From: Saprospiraceae bacterium | GTDB taxonomy: Bacteria > Bacteroidota > Bacteroidia > Chitinophagales > Saprospiraceae | Direction of reading: 5' to 3' | Length of the DNA stretch: 32,344 bases | NCBI GenBank assembly: GCA_049289435.1 | Contig: JBATLS010000674.1 | Coordinates: 1-32,344, forward strand | Part shown: positions 8,420 to 17,295 of the stretch, piece after piece | How positions within the stretch are numbered: position 1 is the first letter of the stretch | Layout of the letters: each line of letters starts with the position of its first letter | The notes under the pieces: model-generated | What the model saw: only the letters and a program-made list of their open reading frames with translations | What the model was told of the DNA's origin: nothing | Database searches by the model: none | Translations under genes and position numbers: made by a program

Positions 8420-8955
8420 AAATAACATGGTTTTAAAAGTAAATAACACAATGGTCCCGTAATAGCTACATACAACCAGATCGGGAAAACCCATCTTGCC
8501 AGCTGCTTGTGCTTCTGAACCTGATAAGTGAAGCCTCTCGAGAATGTAATCAATATAAATGGCAAGGAAACTCCAGCAAATATGATGTGGGACGCCAATA
8601 AAATATAATAGACTGATCTGATCCAACCCTCTTGGCAAAATGTAGTCTCCACAGTAGTGAAATGATACAGGATATAACACAATAAAAATAATCCCGAAAA
8701 AGTCATCGCACCAAAAATAGCCTTTCTGTGATTCAGTATATCTTTTTGTTTTACAAAATATAAAGCAGCCATCAAACAGCAAGCGACCAAAGTATTTAAT
8801 ACGGCATTGACCGGAGGTAAAAAACTAAAATCCAACCCCAAATCGATCTTAACCCTACGCATGACACCTACCAAAGTAAGTACCACAATAGAAATTATGA
8901 TGCTTACAAGTGTAAGTTTTTTTGCAAGGATATCATCTGCTTTTGGATATTGCAT
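8416..8955 (-). CDS. DUF420 family membrane protein (CtaM-like cytochrome oxidase accessory protein)
   Basis: 179 aa with 4-5 TM segments. The pattern LPPVNAVLNT...HRKAIFGAMTFSGLFLLCYILYH...ILLASHIIFAG...HKQLARWVFPIWLYVAITG matches my memory of DUF420. The position after cox genes is typical. Confidence 0.75.
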   Translation of the reverse strand: MQYPKADDILAKKLTLVSIIISIVVLTLVGVMRRVKIDLGLDFSFLPPVNAVLNTLVACCLMAALYFVKQKDILNHRKAIFGAMTFSGLFLLCYILYHFTTVETTFCQEGWIRSVYYILLASHIIFAGVSLPFILITFSRGFTYQVQKHKQLARWVFPIWLYVAITGPLCYLLLKPCYL

Positions 8956-8965
8956 CGATGTCTTT

Positions 8966-9451
8966 TTAGTGTTTCATTTTTATATCAGACTCTTTTGGTC
9001 TGGGCAGCACTATCGCTATGTGTTCCACCAATTTCTTTACAGCCGTCTCATCTGATTTGTAAGTATTTCTTATCATCCTGGACTCATCTACTAGTACAAA
9101 GGTATCATCTGGATATTTGGATTTGAAGTATTTTAGCAAATCTTCAGGTAGCAATACGACGTCAGATTGAGCAATGGGATACAGTATTTGGAAACCAATA
9201 GAACTTTTGTATTGCTCCAGCAAAGCTTCTTTGATCTTATAGATATCATCACTTACATCAAGCACTACCAGAGAAGTTTTATTTTGGAACAACCTAAACG
9301 TGTCAATACTATTGGACAGACTGTCCTTGATTTCCAATTCTCTCAAGGCATTTTTGCGGTAATCAAGTCCTTTTTGCAAGTAATACCAAGAACCAAAGGG
9401 CACAATTACCAAAAACAGCCCCAACACTACCCACGAAACCAACTTGCCCAT
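8966..9451 (-). CDS. membrane-anchored SCO/thioredoxin-like protein lacking all cysteines
   Basis: 161 aa. It has an N-terminal TM anchor and a soluble domain of about 130 aa in the operon slot normally held by SCO1/SenC. Thioredoxin-fold-like strands are present (KTSLVVLDVS.., TFVLVDESRMIRNTY). The polypeptide contains no Cys, so there is no CxxxC. Confidence 0.5.
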   Translation of the reverse strand: MGKLVSWVVLGLFLVIVPFGSWYYLQKGLDYRKNALRELEIKDSLSNSIDTFRLFQNKTSLVVLDVSDDIYKIKEALLEQYKSSIGFQILYPIAQSDVVLLPEDLLKYFKSKYPDDTFVLVDESRMIRNTYKSDETAVKKLVEHIAIVLPRPKESDIKMKH

Positions 9452-9626
9452 GTCTATCAGATTTGATTTAACAAAAAGGAAACATAATTGCTAAAAATTA
9501 GGATTTTAATCGATTGATTTTAAACATATTAAAACTAATTTTTTTACAATTTCATTCCTTTTGCCTATTTATAACAGAAGCTATTTGGATTTGTTTTTTT
9601 AATGGCTAAGTAAAAACAACTGAGGC

Positions 9627-9995
9627 TTATTTTAAAGAGGAAACTTCCGTTTTAACAGGGTTTACCGCTTCGCTCCTCGAATCATTCCAATATTTACCTT
9701 CTGCAAGGAATGCTATGACGGCCCATACTAGGAGTAAAGTCGGTAGCAACACTGTTTTGACCAAACCAGGCACTTCATATTTCATATGCATAAATTCATA
9801 CACTATAAGATACGCCTTGACGATACTTAGTACGATCATCAAACTTCCGACCAGCCAATGAGGCAAAAACACACCTGAGATGAGGTATCCTTTGCCGAGA
9901 AGTGCCATGAGTACTTCAAAAATAGTGATTCCACCTAAAATCAATATGGTTTTGGTAGCTATTGTCTTTGATTGGTCATATGTCAAATGGCTCAT
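9627..9995 (-). CDS. cytochrome c oxidase subunit IV (bacterial CoxIV/CtaF-type small subunit)
   Basis: 122 aa with three predicted TM helices. It lies immediately downstream of the subunit III genes. The call rests on size, topology and position. Confidence 0.65.
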   Translation of the reverse strand: MSHLTYDQSKTIATKTILILGGITIFEVLMALLGKGYLISGVFLPHWLVGSLMIVLSIVKAYLIVYEFMHMKYEVPGLVKTVLLPTLLLVWAVIAFLAEGKYWNDSRSEAVNPVKTEVSSLK

Positions 9996-10051
9996 AAGTC
10001 AGATTTATTTTATTAATTGAAAGTACAGTTGGATTGTTAAAAATTAATTGA

Positions 10052-10912
10052 TTAAAGTAGATAAAAGCTTAAGAATACAAAAACCCAAACAAGGTCAACA
10101 AAGTGCCAGTAAAGTCCGATTTTTTCGACCATTTCATAGCCGTTTTTGCGCCGGGTATAAATGCCCGTAGCAGAATTTAGACAAATAATCAACAAAAATG
10201 CCACTCCAGATAATACGTGAAAACCATGAAATCCTGTGATAAAGAAAAATAATGCTCCGAAAGCCTTCGGGCCAAAAGATTGTTGCTTGACCACACCAGC
10301 ATCTGGTCCTTCGCTCACTTTATATTTTAGGGGAGCCCATTCTCCATCATGCTTATGGATCAAATAAGACTCTCCTGCATTGAATGTGTCTCCTTCTTTG
10401 ATATCTTTGCCATCACCCATCATATAGACTCCATTTTCCGTGTGCGTACCAAATGGATTGACTGTAATAGTCATATGCTCTTCGCCCATCAGAGTGGTCC
10501 ATTCCCAAGCCTGGCAGCCCAAAAATGCCAGTCCTCCTACGATGGTCCACAACATCCAGACTACGACTCCACGTTTGTTTTCTCTATGTCCTTCCTGCAC
10601 CGCTCTTACCATCGTAAATGAGCTCGCCAAAAGGATAAATGTCATCACTGTCACAAACAATAATGGCTTATGATGAAACCCACCCGGGAAGGTACTGAAG
10701 ACAAAATCCGGAACAGGCCATGTAGGTACACTGGCTCTCAATGCACCGTAAGCTATCAAAAAGCCAGAAAATGTAAATGCATCTGACAACAGGAAATACC
10801 ACATCATCAATTTACCATAAGACGTCTTAAACGGGGCACTGCCACCTTTCCAGGATGCTTCTCCTTCAGTGTGTGCGTGATCGTGATCGTGAGCTATTGT
10901 AACTGAATCCAT
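10052..10912 (-). CDS. cytochrome c oxidase subunit III (long paralog with hydrophilic loop insertion)
   Basis: Track ORF 10052-10966, trimmed to the ATG at 10912 (MDSVTIAHDHDH...) so it does not overlap the upstream gene. Subunit III hallmarks: FFFITGFHGFHVLSGV and GLYWHFVDLVWVFVF. Confidence 0.85.
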   Translation of the reverse strand: MDSVTIAHDHDHAHTEGEASWKGGSAPFKTSYGKLMMWYFLLSDAFTFSGFLIAYGALRASVPTWPVPDFVFSTFPGGFHHKPLLFVTVMTFILLASSFTMVRAVQEGHRENKRGVVVWMLWTIVGGLAFLGCQAWEWTTLMGEEHMTITVNPFGTHTENGVYMMGDGKDIKEGDTFNAGESYLIHKHDGEWAPLKYKVSEGPDAGVVKQQSFGPKAFGALFFFITGFHGFHVLSGVAFLLIICLNSATGIYTRRKNGYEMVEKIGLYWHFVDLVWVFVFLSFYLL

Positions 10913-10926
10913 TATATATTGTGTAT

Positions 10927-11499
10927 TTATTTGCTGATTAATAAGAATATAAAAAGATAAACCCATAGAAAATCTACAAAATGCCAGTAGTTGACTACGA
11001 GGTCAAACCTGTTTTTGCGAACTTCGGAGATCTTATATTTTAGTGTAAATGCATGTAGCAAAGCCACGATAATGGCCGCAATACCACCTAAAACATGCAA
11101 TGCGTGTATCCCTGACAAAAGATAGAAAAATGATCCTGAGACATTACCCTTCAGATCAACACCCATCTCATACAACTGATTCCATCCGACATACTGCAAT
11201 ACCACAAAGGTCATGCCTAATGCGAAAGTCAACAATAAGTATTGTTTGTACAGGTTTTCCCTCCCGGTCACATAAGATTTGAATGACATATGGAGAGATA
11301 TACTGGAACATAAAATGACTACCGTACTAAAATAAAAAGCAGCTGGAAATGAAAATTCAAGCCAGTTGCCAGCAGATTGTTTTACTATGTATGCGCTGGT
11401 GAATGCGCCAAACATCATGGTGATGCTTGCCATAGCTGCCCACAATGCAAATTTGTGTGGGTGTATTTTATTTCTTTTATTTTCTAATATCTTGTCCAT
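10927..11499 (-). CDS. cytochrome c oxidase subunit III family protein (short paralog)
   Basis: 190 aa with 5 TM segments. Motifs FFYLLSGIHALHVLGG and NYWHFVDFLWVYLF. Confidence 0.85.
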   Translation of the reverse strand: MDKILENKRNKIHPHKFALWAAMASITMMFGAFTSAYIVKQSAGNWLEFSFPAAFYFSTVVILCSSISLHMSFKSYVTGRENLYKQYLLLTFALGMTFVVLQYVGWNQLYEMGVDLKGNVSGSFFYLLSGIHALHVLGGIAAIIVALLHAFTLKYKISEVRKNRFDLVVNYWHFVDFLWVYLFIFLLISK

Positions 11500-11509
11500 C
11501 TAATATTTT

Positions 11510-12412
11510 TTATAATAACCAGTATGCTAATAAAACAAATGGCAAGTAGAAAAATGAATAAAACATTAGTTTCATGGCTGCTGCCCTGTCAAACTTTTTA
11601 TGAAAATGAAAACTTAGTCCCATGTAACCAAAAGTTAAGAGAAGCACTATTGCTGTACTCCACAATGAAACATCTAATCTTATGGCCATAAAAGCGATTA
11701 ATGGAAGTATCAAAAAAGCATAAAACAAAGAAGACATCCCCAAATTTCTGTCAATTTTCCCCAATCTTTCAGGCAATAATTTAAACCCAGCTTTCTGATA
11801 ATCTTCATATCCCAAAAATCCAATAGACCAAAAGTGAGGAAATTGCCATAAAAATTGAATGATAAACAGACAGACTGCCATCAATGAAAGACGTCCATCA
11901 AATGCTGTAGCACCTATCAACACCGGTAATGCTCCAGGTATTGCTCCCACAGCTACAGCTATCGTACTATATCTTTTTAATGGCGTATAAACAAAGGCGT
12001 ACAAAATCAATGAAAGCATACCAATCAACGCTGTCAAAGGATTGAAGGTAGCCAAAATACTGATTCCTATCAAGCACATAATGCCACCAAACAATACGCC
12101 ATCCGATGTCTTCAACCTACCTGTGGCTATAGGACGATTGGCAGTTCGTGTCATCATGATGTCAAAATCCTTTTCCAGTACCTGATTGAATGTATTGGCA
12201 GCACCTGTGACCAATAATCCTCCTGCTATCAAACGAAATACATCAAACAAACTGATGAATGCACCAGCAGCTATCACATATCCCAGGACAGATGACATGA
12301 CCACTACCAGACTAAGTTTTAGTTTTACCAACATCACATAGTCCAGCAAGACTGCACCGAAACTCCCTCTTTCAGTATATGTCGAAACGTATGTTTTATT
12401 ATTATTATTCAA
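11510..12412 (-). CDS. cyoE: protoheme IX farnesyltransferase (heme O synthase)
   Basis: 300 aa multi-TM UbiA-family protein. Motifs GAANTFNQVLEKDFDIMMTRTANRPIATG and YTPLKR. It sits between cox subunit I and III. Confidence 0.9.
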   Translation of the reverse strand: MNNNNKTYVSTYTERGSFGAVLLDYVMLVKLKLSLVVVMSSVLGYVIAAGAFISLFDVFRLIAGGLLVTGAANTFNQVLEKDFDIMMTRTANRPIATGRLKTSDGVLFGGIMCLIGISILATFNPLTALIGMLSLILYAFVYTPLKRYSTIAVAVGAIPGALPVLIGATAFDGRLSLMAVCLFIIQFLWQFPHFWSIGFLGYEDYQKAGFKLLPERLGKIDRNLGMSSLFYAFLILPLIAFMAIRLDVSLWSTAIVLLLTFGYMGLSFHFHKKFDRAAAMKLMFYSFFYLPFVLLAYWLL

Positions 12413-12435
12413 AATTACTAATTCATATGTTATGA

Positions 12436-14280
12436 TTAATGATCACCTACTTCACCATCACGAAGTGGTATATGTTGTTGTACAAACTCGCGCTCATCCT
12501 TATTGTAATCATACGCCCATCTGTGTACTACTGGCAGATTACCAGGCCAGTTGCCATGTATAGGCTCGATAGGTGTGGTCCACTCCAATGTGGTGGCATC
12601 CCAAGGGTTTTTAGTCTTCATCTTCTTACCGTACCAGATACTATAGAAAAAATTGATGACAAAAACCAATTGTATAAAGAAAGCTATGATGGCAAATATG
12701 GTGATAAACTTATTCATATCCGTAAAGTGCCTAAATGCATCGAAGGTATCAAATGAGTAATACCTCCTTGGCACTCCAGCCATGCCTATATAGTGCATTG
12801 GCCAGAAGATCGCATAAGAACAAATAATGGTTCCCCAGAAATGAATCTTGCCAAGCGTCTCATTCATAAATCTGCCATACATCTTTGGATACCAATGGTA
12901 AACGCCAGCAAACATCCCAAAGAAAGCCGCAACTCCCATGACAATGTGAAAGTGAGCTACTACAAAATAAGTATCGTGCATCTGTATATCAATAGCGGAG
13001 TTTCCAAGGAAAATACCGGTAAGTCCACCTGATATAAACATAGAAACAAATCCTATGGCAAATAACATAGGTGTATTGAGTCGTAGATTACCACCATATA
13101 AAGTAGTGATCCAGTTGAACACCTTAACAGCAGAAGGCACTGCTATAATTAGTGTGAATATGACGAAAAAATTGGATATAAATGGATTAACCCCGGACAT
13201 AAACATATGGTGTGCCCATACTAAAAACGAAAGGAAGCCGATTGCCATGATAGAATAGACCATCGCTCTGTATCCAAAGATAGGCTTGCGTGCATGAACA
13301 GAAAGTACTTCTGACACGATTCCCATCGCAGGTAAAATAATGATGTACACTTCAGGGTGCCCTAAGAACCAGAATAAATGCTGGTACAATATTGGGCTAC
13401 CACCTACTCTATCCAATGCCTGGCCAGCAATAAATATATCACTTAAGAAGAAACTTGTTCCTAAACTTCTATCAAATATCAGCATAAAGAAACCTGATGC
13501 TAATACAGGGAAAGATAATAGTCCAAGGATAGCTGTAACTAAGAAGGCCCAAATAGGTAGAGGCATTCTCCATAAACTCATTCCTTTTGTTCTAAGGTTC
13601 AAAATAGTAGTGATATAATTGATACCACCTAGCAAAACTGAAACTACAAATAGTGTTAAACTCACCAACCAAAGTGTCATACCAGTACCAGAACCTGAGG
13701 ATGCCTGTGGCAATGCGCTCAATGGAGGGTAAGCTACCCACCCACCCGCAAAAGGTCCTGTGCTTAAAAATAAAGAGTAAAACATAACTATACCTGCGAG
13801 AAAGAAAAACCAATAGGACAGCATATTCATAAATGGTGATGCCATATCACGCGAACCTATCTGAAAAGGTATCAAAAGGTTACTAAATGTACCACTCAGT
13901 CCTGCGGTTAATACAAAAAACACTATGATGGTACCATGCATAGTCACTAATGCGTAGTAAAACTCCGGTGCAAGTTTACCTATTCCAGTGCTTGGGTCTA
14001 CCACAATCCACTTACCTAGAAACGGTTTGATCCATGTCAAACTTTCTTCAGGGAATCCCAATTGCATCCTGAATACAACAGACATTGCAGCACCAATAAT
14101 GGCCCATATCATACCAGTAATCAGAAACTGGCGGGCAATAATCTTATGATCCATCGAAAAAATATAATGGAAAATAAAATTTGTTTGGTATTTATCACCA
14201 TGATGATGGTCATGAAAATGATCATTGTAACCACTTTCTCTGATCAGAACATCCTCTTCATGAACGGTAATGTTTGCCAT
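12436..14280 (-). CDS. ctaD: cytochrome c oxidase subunit I (heme-copper oxidase, A-type)
   Basis: 614 aa. Motifs WFLGHPEVYIIILP (His-Tyr site), WAHHMF (CuB His pair) and HDTYFVVAHFHIVM (heme a / a3 ligands). Confidence 0.95.
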   Translation of the reverse strand: MANITVHEEDVLIRESGYNDHFHDHHHGDKYQTNFIFHYIFSMDHKIIARQFLITGMIWAIIGAAMSVVFRMQLGFPEESLTWIKPFLGKWIVVDPSTGIGKLAPEFYYALVTMHGTIIVFFVLTAGLSGTFSNLLIPFQIGSRDMASPFMNMLSYWFFFLAGIVMFYSLFLSTGPFAGGWVAYPPLSALPQASSGSGTGMTLWLVSLTLFVVSVLLGGINYITTILNLRTKGMSLWRMPLPIWAFLVTAILGLLSFPVLASGFFMLIFDRSLGTSFFLSDIFIAGQALDRVGGSPILYQHLFWFLGHPEVYIIILPAMGIVSEVLSVHARKPIFGYRAMVYSIMAIGFLSFLVWAHHMFMSGVNPFISNFFVIFTLIIAVPSAVKVFNWITTLYGGNLRLNTPMLFAIGFVSMFISGGLTGIFLGNSAIDIQMHDTYFVVAHFHIVMGVAAFFGMFAGVYHWYPKMYGRFMNETLGKIHFWGTIICSYAIFWPMHYIGMAGVPRRYYSFDTFDAFRHFTDMNKFITIFAIIAFFIQLVFVINFFYSIWYGKKMKTKNPWDATTLEWTTPIEPIHGNWPGNLPVVHRWAYDYNKDEREFVQQHIPLRDGEVGDH

Positions 14281-14300
14281 TTAATTCTTTTTTTAAAAAT

Positions 14301-15818
14301 TTATTTAGAAATAATTCTAAGTTCGGTTCTTCTGTTTTTTTGTCTTCCAAGTGGAGTATCATTGGTGTCCAGTGGCTGATCCTGACCATAGCCTTTTGCT
14401 AATAAACGGTCTGCTGCCACTCCTTTTGCTACTAGATATTCCTTTACTTTGTTAGCTCGTTCGTTTGATAGGTTTAGATTGGAGTCTGCATCACCTACAT
14501 TGTCGGTATGACCAGCCAACTCCACTCTCAGCTTAGGAAATCTGCCCATCAGTGTAACAAGGTTATCCAATTCATGTTTAGACATATCACTATTTAATCC
14601 TGATGCCCCGGTCACATAAAAGACGTGCTCCAAATTGATCACATTGCTCATGGTCCCTGTGGTATCATCGACAAACCTGGCCACTGCCGACCTTAATTCA
14701 AATCCTCTCGCTTTGATCTCATAGTCAAACAATTTTTTGCCTGCCCATGGATCGCTATCAGTATTCCTTATATTGGTAGCATAAAAAGGCTTTTGGCCAG
14801 CCAGCCAGGTATTAAATTCTTCTCTACTGACTACTTCAACAATACGTCTCATAGAGTAATGTCCTTTGCCACACAACTCAGCACATGCCAGTTCATATTC
14901 AAATGTTTCCCATTTTTTAGGTCCGTCAGGATCTGCTGGATCTGCTGGTACTTGCCACTCCGGATAGGTGCTCAACTGCTCTCTGAACTCTTGTGTAGTT
15001 TTTACAGGAGTGAATATAAAAGAAGTAGGCAATCCAGGCACTGCATCCATTTTAACCCGAAAATGCGGTAGATAAAAATTGTGCAATACATCCTTAGCCG
15101 TTATTCTCACCTTGATGGTCGAATCTTTAGGAAGTACTATTTTATCAGAACCTCCCAATAAGATATCATCCACAGAAGCTTCATCTTTCCAGTCGATACC
15201 CAGGGAGTTGGTGGCAAGATCTATGAGTCTGAAATCTTTATTACCGAGTTTGCCATCAGCACCCGGGTATCTGATATCCCACGCAAACTGATAACCCGTT
15301 GCTTCTATTTCTATGTATTTATCTTCTGATGTCAGTGTAGGAAATATACTATTCCACGTAATCAAACCATCAGCCACCAAAAAGGTCATAACGACAGCCG
15401 GTACACCCGTCCATATCCATTCCAATTTCGTATCATGTGCAAAAAACAATGCTTTTCGCCCACCTATGTTTCGATATTTGTATGCATACCAAAAAAGTAA
15501 AATATGAGTAATCACAAATACAATACCTGTTACTATCAGTGTTACATTAAATATTCTATCCAATTCAAAACCATGCGCTGATGCACTGGAAAGTGGTCCA
15601 TAACCAAGCATAGAATTTTTATAATGCCATGCCGACCAAATACAACCGACTAAGAATACGACCATAAAAACAACCAAAGCTTTTCCTTGAGTATTGTTAT
15701 TGGCTCTCTCCACAGTCTCTTCTCCTCTGATTCTGGCTGCCAACTCAGAAAGTTTACCTATCTGAACCACCACTACTGCCAGTAAAAAGATGATTCCTAA
15801 AGCAACAAAATATATCAT
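14301..15818 (-). CDS. coxB: cytochrome c oxidase subunit II fused to a C-terminal OmpA-like peptidoglycan-binding domain
   Basis: 505 aa with N-terminal TM helices. The CuA site is intact (DVLHNFYLPHF ... CAELCGKGHYSM). There is no CXXCH anywhere. Roughly the last 110 aa carry OmpA_C/MotB signatures: ELAGHTDNVGDADSNLNLSNERANKVKEYLVAKGV...GYGQDQPL...NRRTELRI. Confidence 0.9.
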   Translation of the reverse strand: MIYFVALGIIFLLAVVVVQIGKLSELAARIRGEETVERANNNTQGKALVVFMVVFLVGCIWSAWHYKNSMLGYGPLSSASAHGFELDRIFNVTLIVTGIVFVITHILLFWYAYKYRNIGGRKALFFAHDTKLEWIWTGVPAVVMTFLVADGLITWNSIFPTLTSEDKYIEIEATGYQFAWDIRYPGADGKLGNKDFRLIDLATNSLGIDWKDEASVDDILLGGSDKIVLPKDSTIKVRITAKDVLHNFYLPHFRVKMDAVPGLPTSFIFTPVKTTQEFREQLSTYPEWQVPADPADPDGPKKWETFEYELACAELCGKGHYSMRRIVEVVSREEFNTWLAGQKPFYATNIRNTDSDPWAGKKLFDYEIKARGFELRSAVARFVDDTTGTMSNVINLEHVFYVTGASGLNSDMSKHELDNLVTLMGRFPKLRVELAGHTDNVGDADSNLNLSNERANKVKEYLVAKGVAADRLLAKGYGQDQPLDTNDTPLGRQKNRRTELRIISK

Positions 15819-15851
15819 TTTATTTATTTTAATATTATCGTTAAATAATCT

Positions 15852-17165
15852 TTATATCACATGATGGTGCAAGCTCTCTTCCAAATATGGATCATTTTTG
15901 GGTACGAGTGCTGACTTGGAAAGTATCGTAAGTGCCACAAATAAAAATAATCCTAAAAACCCGATAAAGGTACCAAGCTCCAATAATCCAGGAAAACTAA
16001 ATCCTGCCACAAAACTGCTTGCATGTTCAACTCCGTGTGCAGCAACTTGTTCGATAGCGTGGCCACCTGCCTCAGTATGGACTTCTGCTCCATGACCTTC
16101 AGAGCCTTGTCCAGCAGCATGGCTTACATTGATTAGTGCACCTGGTTTGATCATCAAAAAGTAATCTATCCAGTGACCCAAAAGGCATATGATCGCAACA
16201 AAACTCACTGAACCAAACTTCCTTTTAGTGTCATTTCTCATCAGTATAAAAAATGGCACTAAAAAGTTTATAATGAGGTTGCCAAAAAATAATATCGGAT
16301 AATGATCATATCGCTCTCTAAAGTAAATCGTCTCCTCTCCTATATTGGCATACCAAATCAACATAAATTGAGAAAACCACAAATACGTCCAGAATATACT
16401 GATGGCAAACAAATACTTACCTAAATCATGTATATGGTTGCCATTGACTTCTTCAAAATATCCGTTGGACTTCAGAAATATGATCAAAAGAATAGTAAGA
16501 GCTATCATGGCGATAAATGCACTTGCTGTCGAATACCATGCAAACAAGGTACTATACCAGTGTGCATCCACACTCATCACCCACTGCCATATCATCGCTG
16601 CACTCGAAAACCCGAAGATGGGTAATAGTACCGCTGCCCAAACACGCATATTTTTATGGTGAGCAAATCGACTGTCACCTGATTTATCTTCATCAAGTGA
16701 TAAGTTTCTTAATTTCATGGCAAAAAACGACCATGCACCCAGAAAGATGATAGTACCAAAGAAATACCAGTTTTTATTTAGAAATGATGCTTTCCCTTTT
16801 AAGACTGCATCGTTTTCGACACTTGCGGCATCAGCCCAGTGATATAAATGATGCCAATGCATATATACTCCCAATCCTAATACCACCATCAATACCAATC
16901 CTACAAACAAAAACATAGCATACGCTTCCCAAACACGCTTGAAGGTAGTATGCCAGCCAGAATATGCCGTAATACAAACTGCCAAAAAGAATAATGCCGT
17001 TGCCGCTATCATGGTAAAGAATACCGAATTGTGCAAAAAATTTGTCCAAAATCTGGTATGGTGACCATCATCTCCTATCCAGGTAAGGATCAGGCATATC
17101 AATCCTAAACCCATAGCCCCAAACAGCACATTGCGATGATTGTTTGTAAATATATACTGATTCAT
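15852..17165 (-). CDS. actF: alternative complex III subunit ActF (polytopic membrane subunit)
   Basis: 437 aa with about 10 TM segments. It is the last gene of an actABCDE-ordered cluster. It contains a Gly/Ala/His-rich insert (GQGSEGHGAEVHTEAGGHAIEQVAAHGVEH). Confidence 0.75.
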   Translation of the reverse strand: MNQYIFTNNHRNVLFGAMGLGLICLILTWIGDDGHHTRFWTNFLHNSVFFTMIAATALFFLAVCITAYSGWHTTFKRVWEAYAMFLFVGLVLMVVLGLGVYMHWHHLYHWADAASVENDAVLKGKASFLNKNWYFFGTIIFLGAWSFFAMKLRNLSLDEDKSGDSRFAHHKNMRVWAAVLLPIFGFSSAAMIWQWVMSVDAHWYSTLFAWYSTASAFIAMIALTILLIIFLKSNGYFEEVNGNHIHDLGKYLFAISIFWTYLWFSQFMLIWYANIGEETIYFRERYDHYPILFFGNLIINFLVPFFILMRNDTKRKFGSVSFVAIICLLGHWIDYFLMIKPGALINVSHAAGQGSEGHGAEVHTEAGGHAIEQVAAHGVEHASSFVAGFSFPGLLELGTFIGFLGLFLFVALTILSKSALVPKNDPYLEESLHHHVI

Positions 17166-17295
17166 TTGATTCTTTTTTTTATTATTTTTTAATGGCCGAT
17201 TTGACGCCCTTTTTTTATAATATTTCGGTTTTTATCCTACGTCTTTTGGCATTTAGCCTTTTATAATCTGTTTTAAAAACTTGTATCAAAAGTCA

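Noticed and set aside
8420-8782. N-terminal 121 codons of track ORF 8162-8782 (206 aa)
   Set aside because: This part overlaps the DUF420 gene (8416-8955) in another frame and reads as non-protein-like (Cys/Phe/Tyr-rich, no TM logic). Only the segment from the internal ATG at 8419 has signal, CxxC and TM organisation, and that ATG forms an ATGA overlap with the DUF420 stop.
10913-10966. Upstream extension of the long CoxIII ORF (MGLSFYILINQQINTQYI), and similarly 24802-24900 for ActA, 27554-27586 and 30100-30147 for the CBS genes, and 31737-31775 for the HExxH lipoprotein
   Set aside because: The CoxIII extension overlaps the preceding gene, and the others add non-signal-like residues ahead of an obvious signal peptide or domain start. 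Internal ATGs give cleaner gene models. True starts remain unverified.
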